DNA from: Eledone cirrhosa
Lineage: Eukaryota
DNA length: 64,000 nucleotides
Direction of reading: 5' to 3'
NCBI GenBank assembly: GCA_964016885.1
Contig: OZ024743.1
Coordinates: 197,346,001-197,410,000, forward strand
Made by a program: the position numbers and the translations under genes. Under the pieces are notes generated by a model. The model was not told where the DNA came from. It was given only the letters and a program-made list of their open reading frames with translations, and ran no database searches. The stretch's first letter is position 1. The number at the start of each line of letters is the position of its first letter. Shown one piece after another: positions 63,967 to 64,000 of this stretch.

Positions 63967-64000
63967 GTAAACAGAAATAACAACACAATCGGTATATACA

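Overview
AT-rich, repeat-saturated eukaryotic (animal) genomic DNA. The SINE/LINE repertoire and the long (TA)n/(CA)n tracts suggest an octopod cephalopod; this is inference. No host protein-coding gene can be firmly supported. Most of the ORF track is microsatellite translation or antisense of repeats. Recognisable content: (i) a near-intact RTE-clade LINE (28.5-32.0 kb; APE endonuclease + RT + PHD-like finger; one in-frame TAG), with more than a dozen truncated relatives and a tRNA-headed SINE that shares its 3' tail; (ii) two Penelope-like elements of Naiad-type architecture (RT + C-terminal GIY-YIG), one essentially complete with tandem and inverted pLTRs; (iii) a Chapaev3-type DNA transposon, a decayed Helitron, an internally deleted mariner, TTAA MITEs and Meta-domain SINEs. 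The most striking signal not explained by the ORF track is about 13 hammerhead-ribozyme cores or half-cores read directly from the sequence. Most sit in short non-coding inserts in (TA)n tracts. They include three fold-back palindromes that carry the ribozyme motif on both strands, and one natural U3-A8 compensatory core variant.
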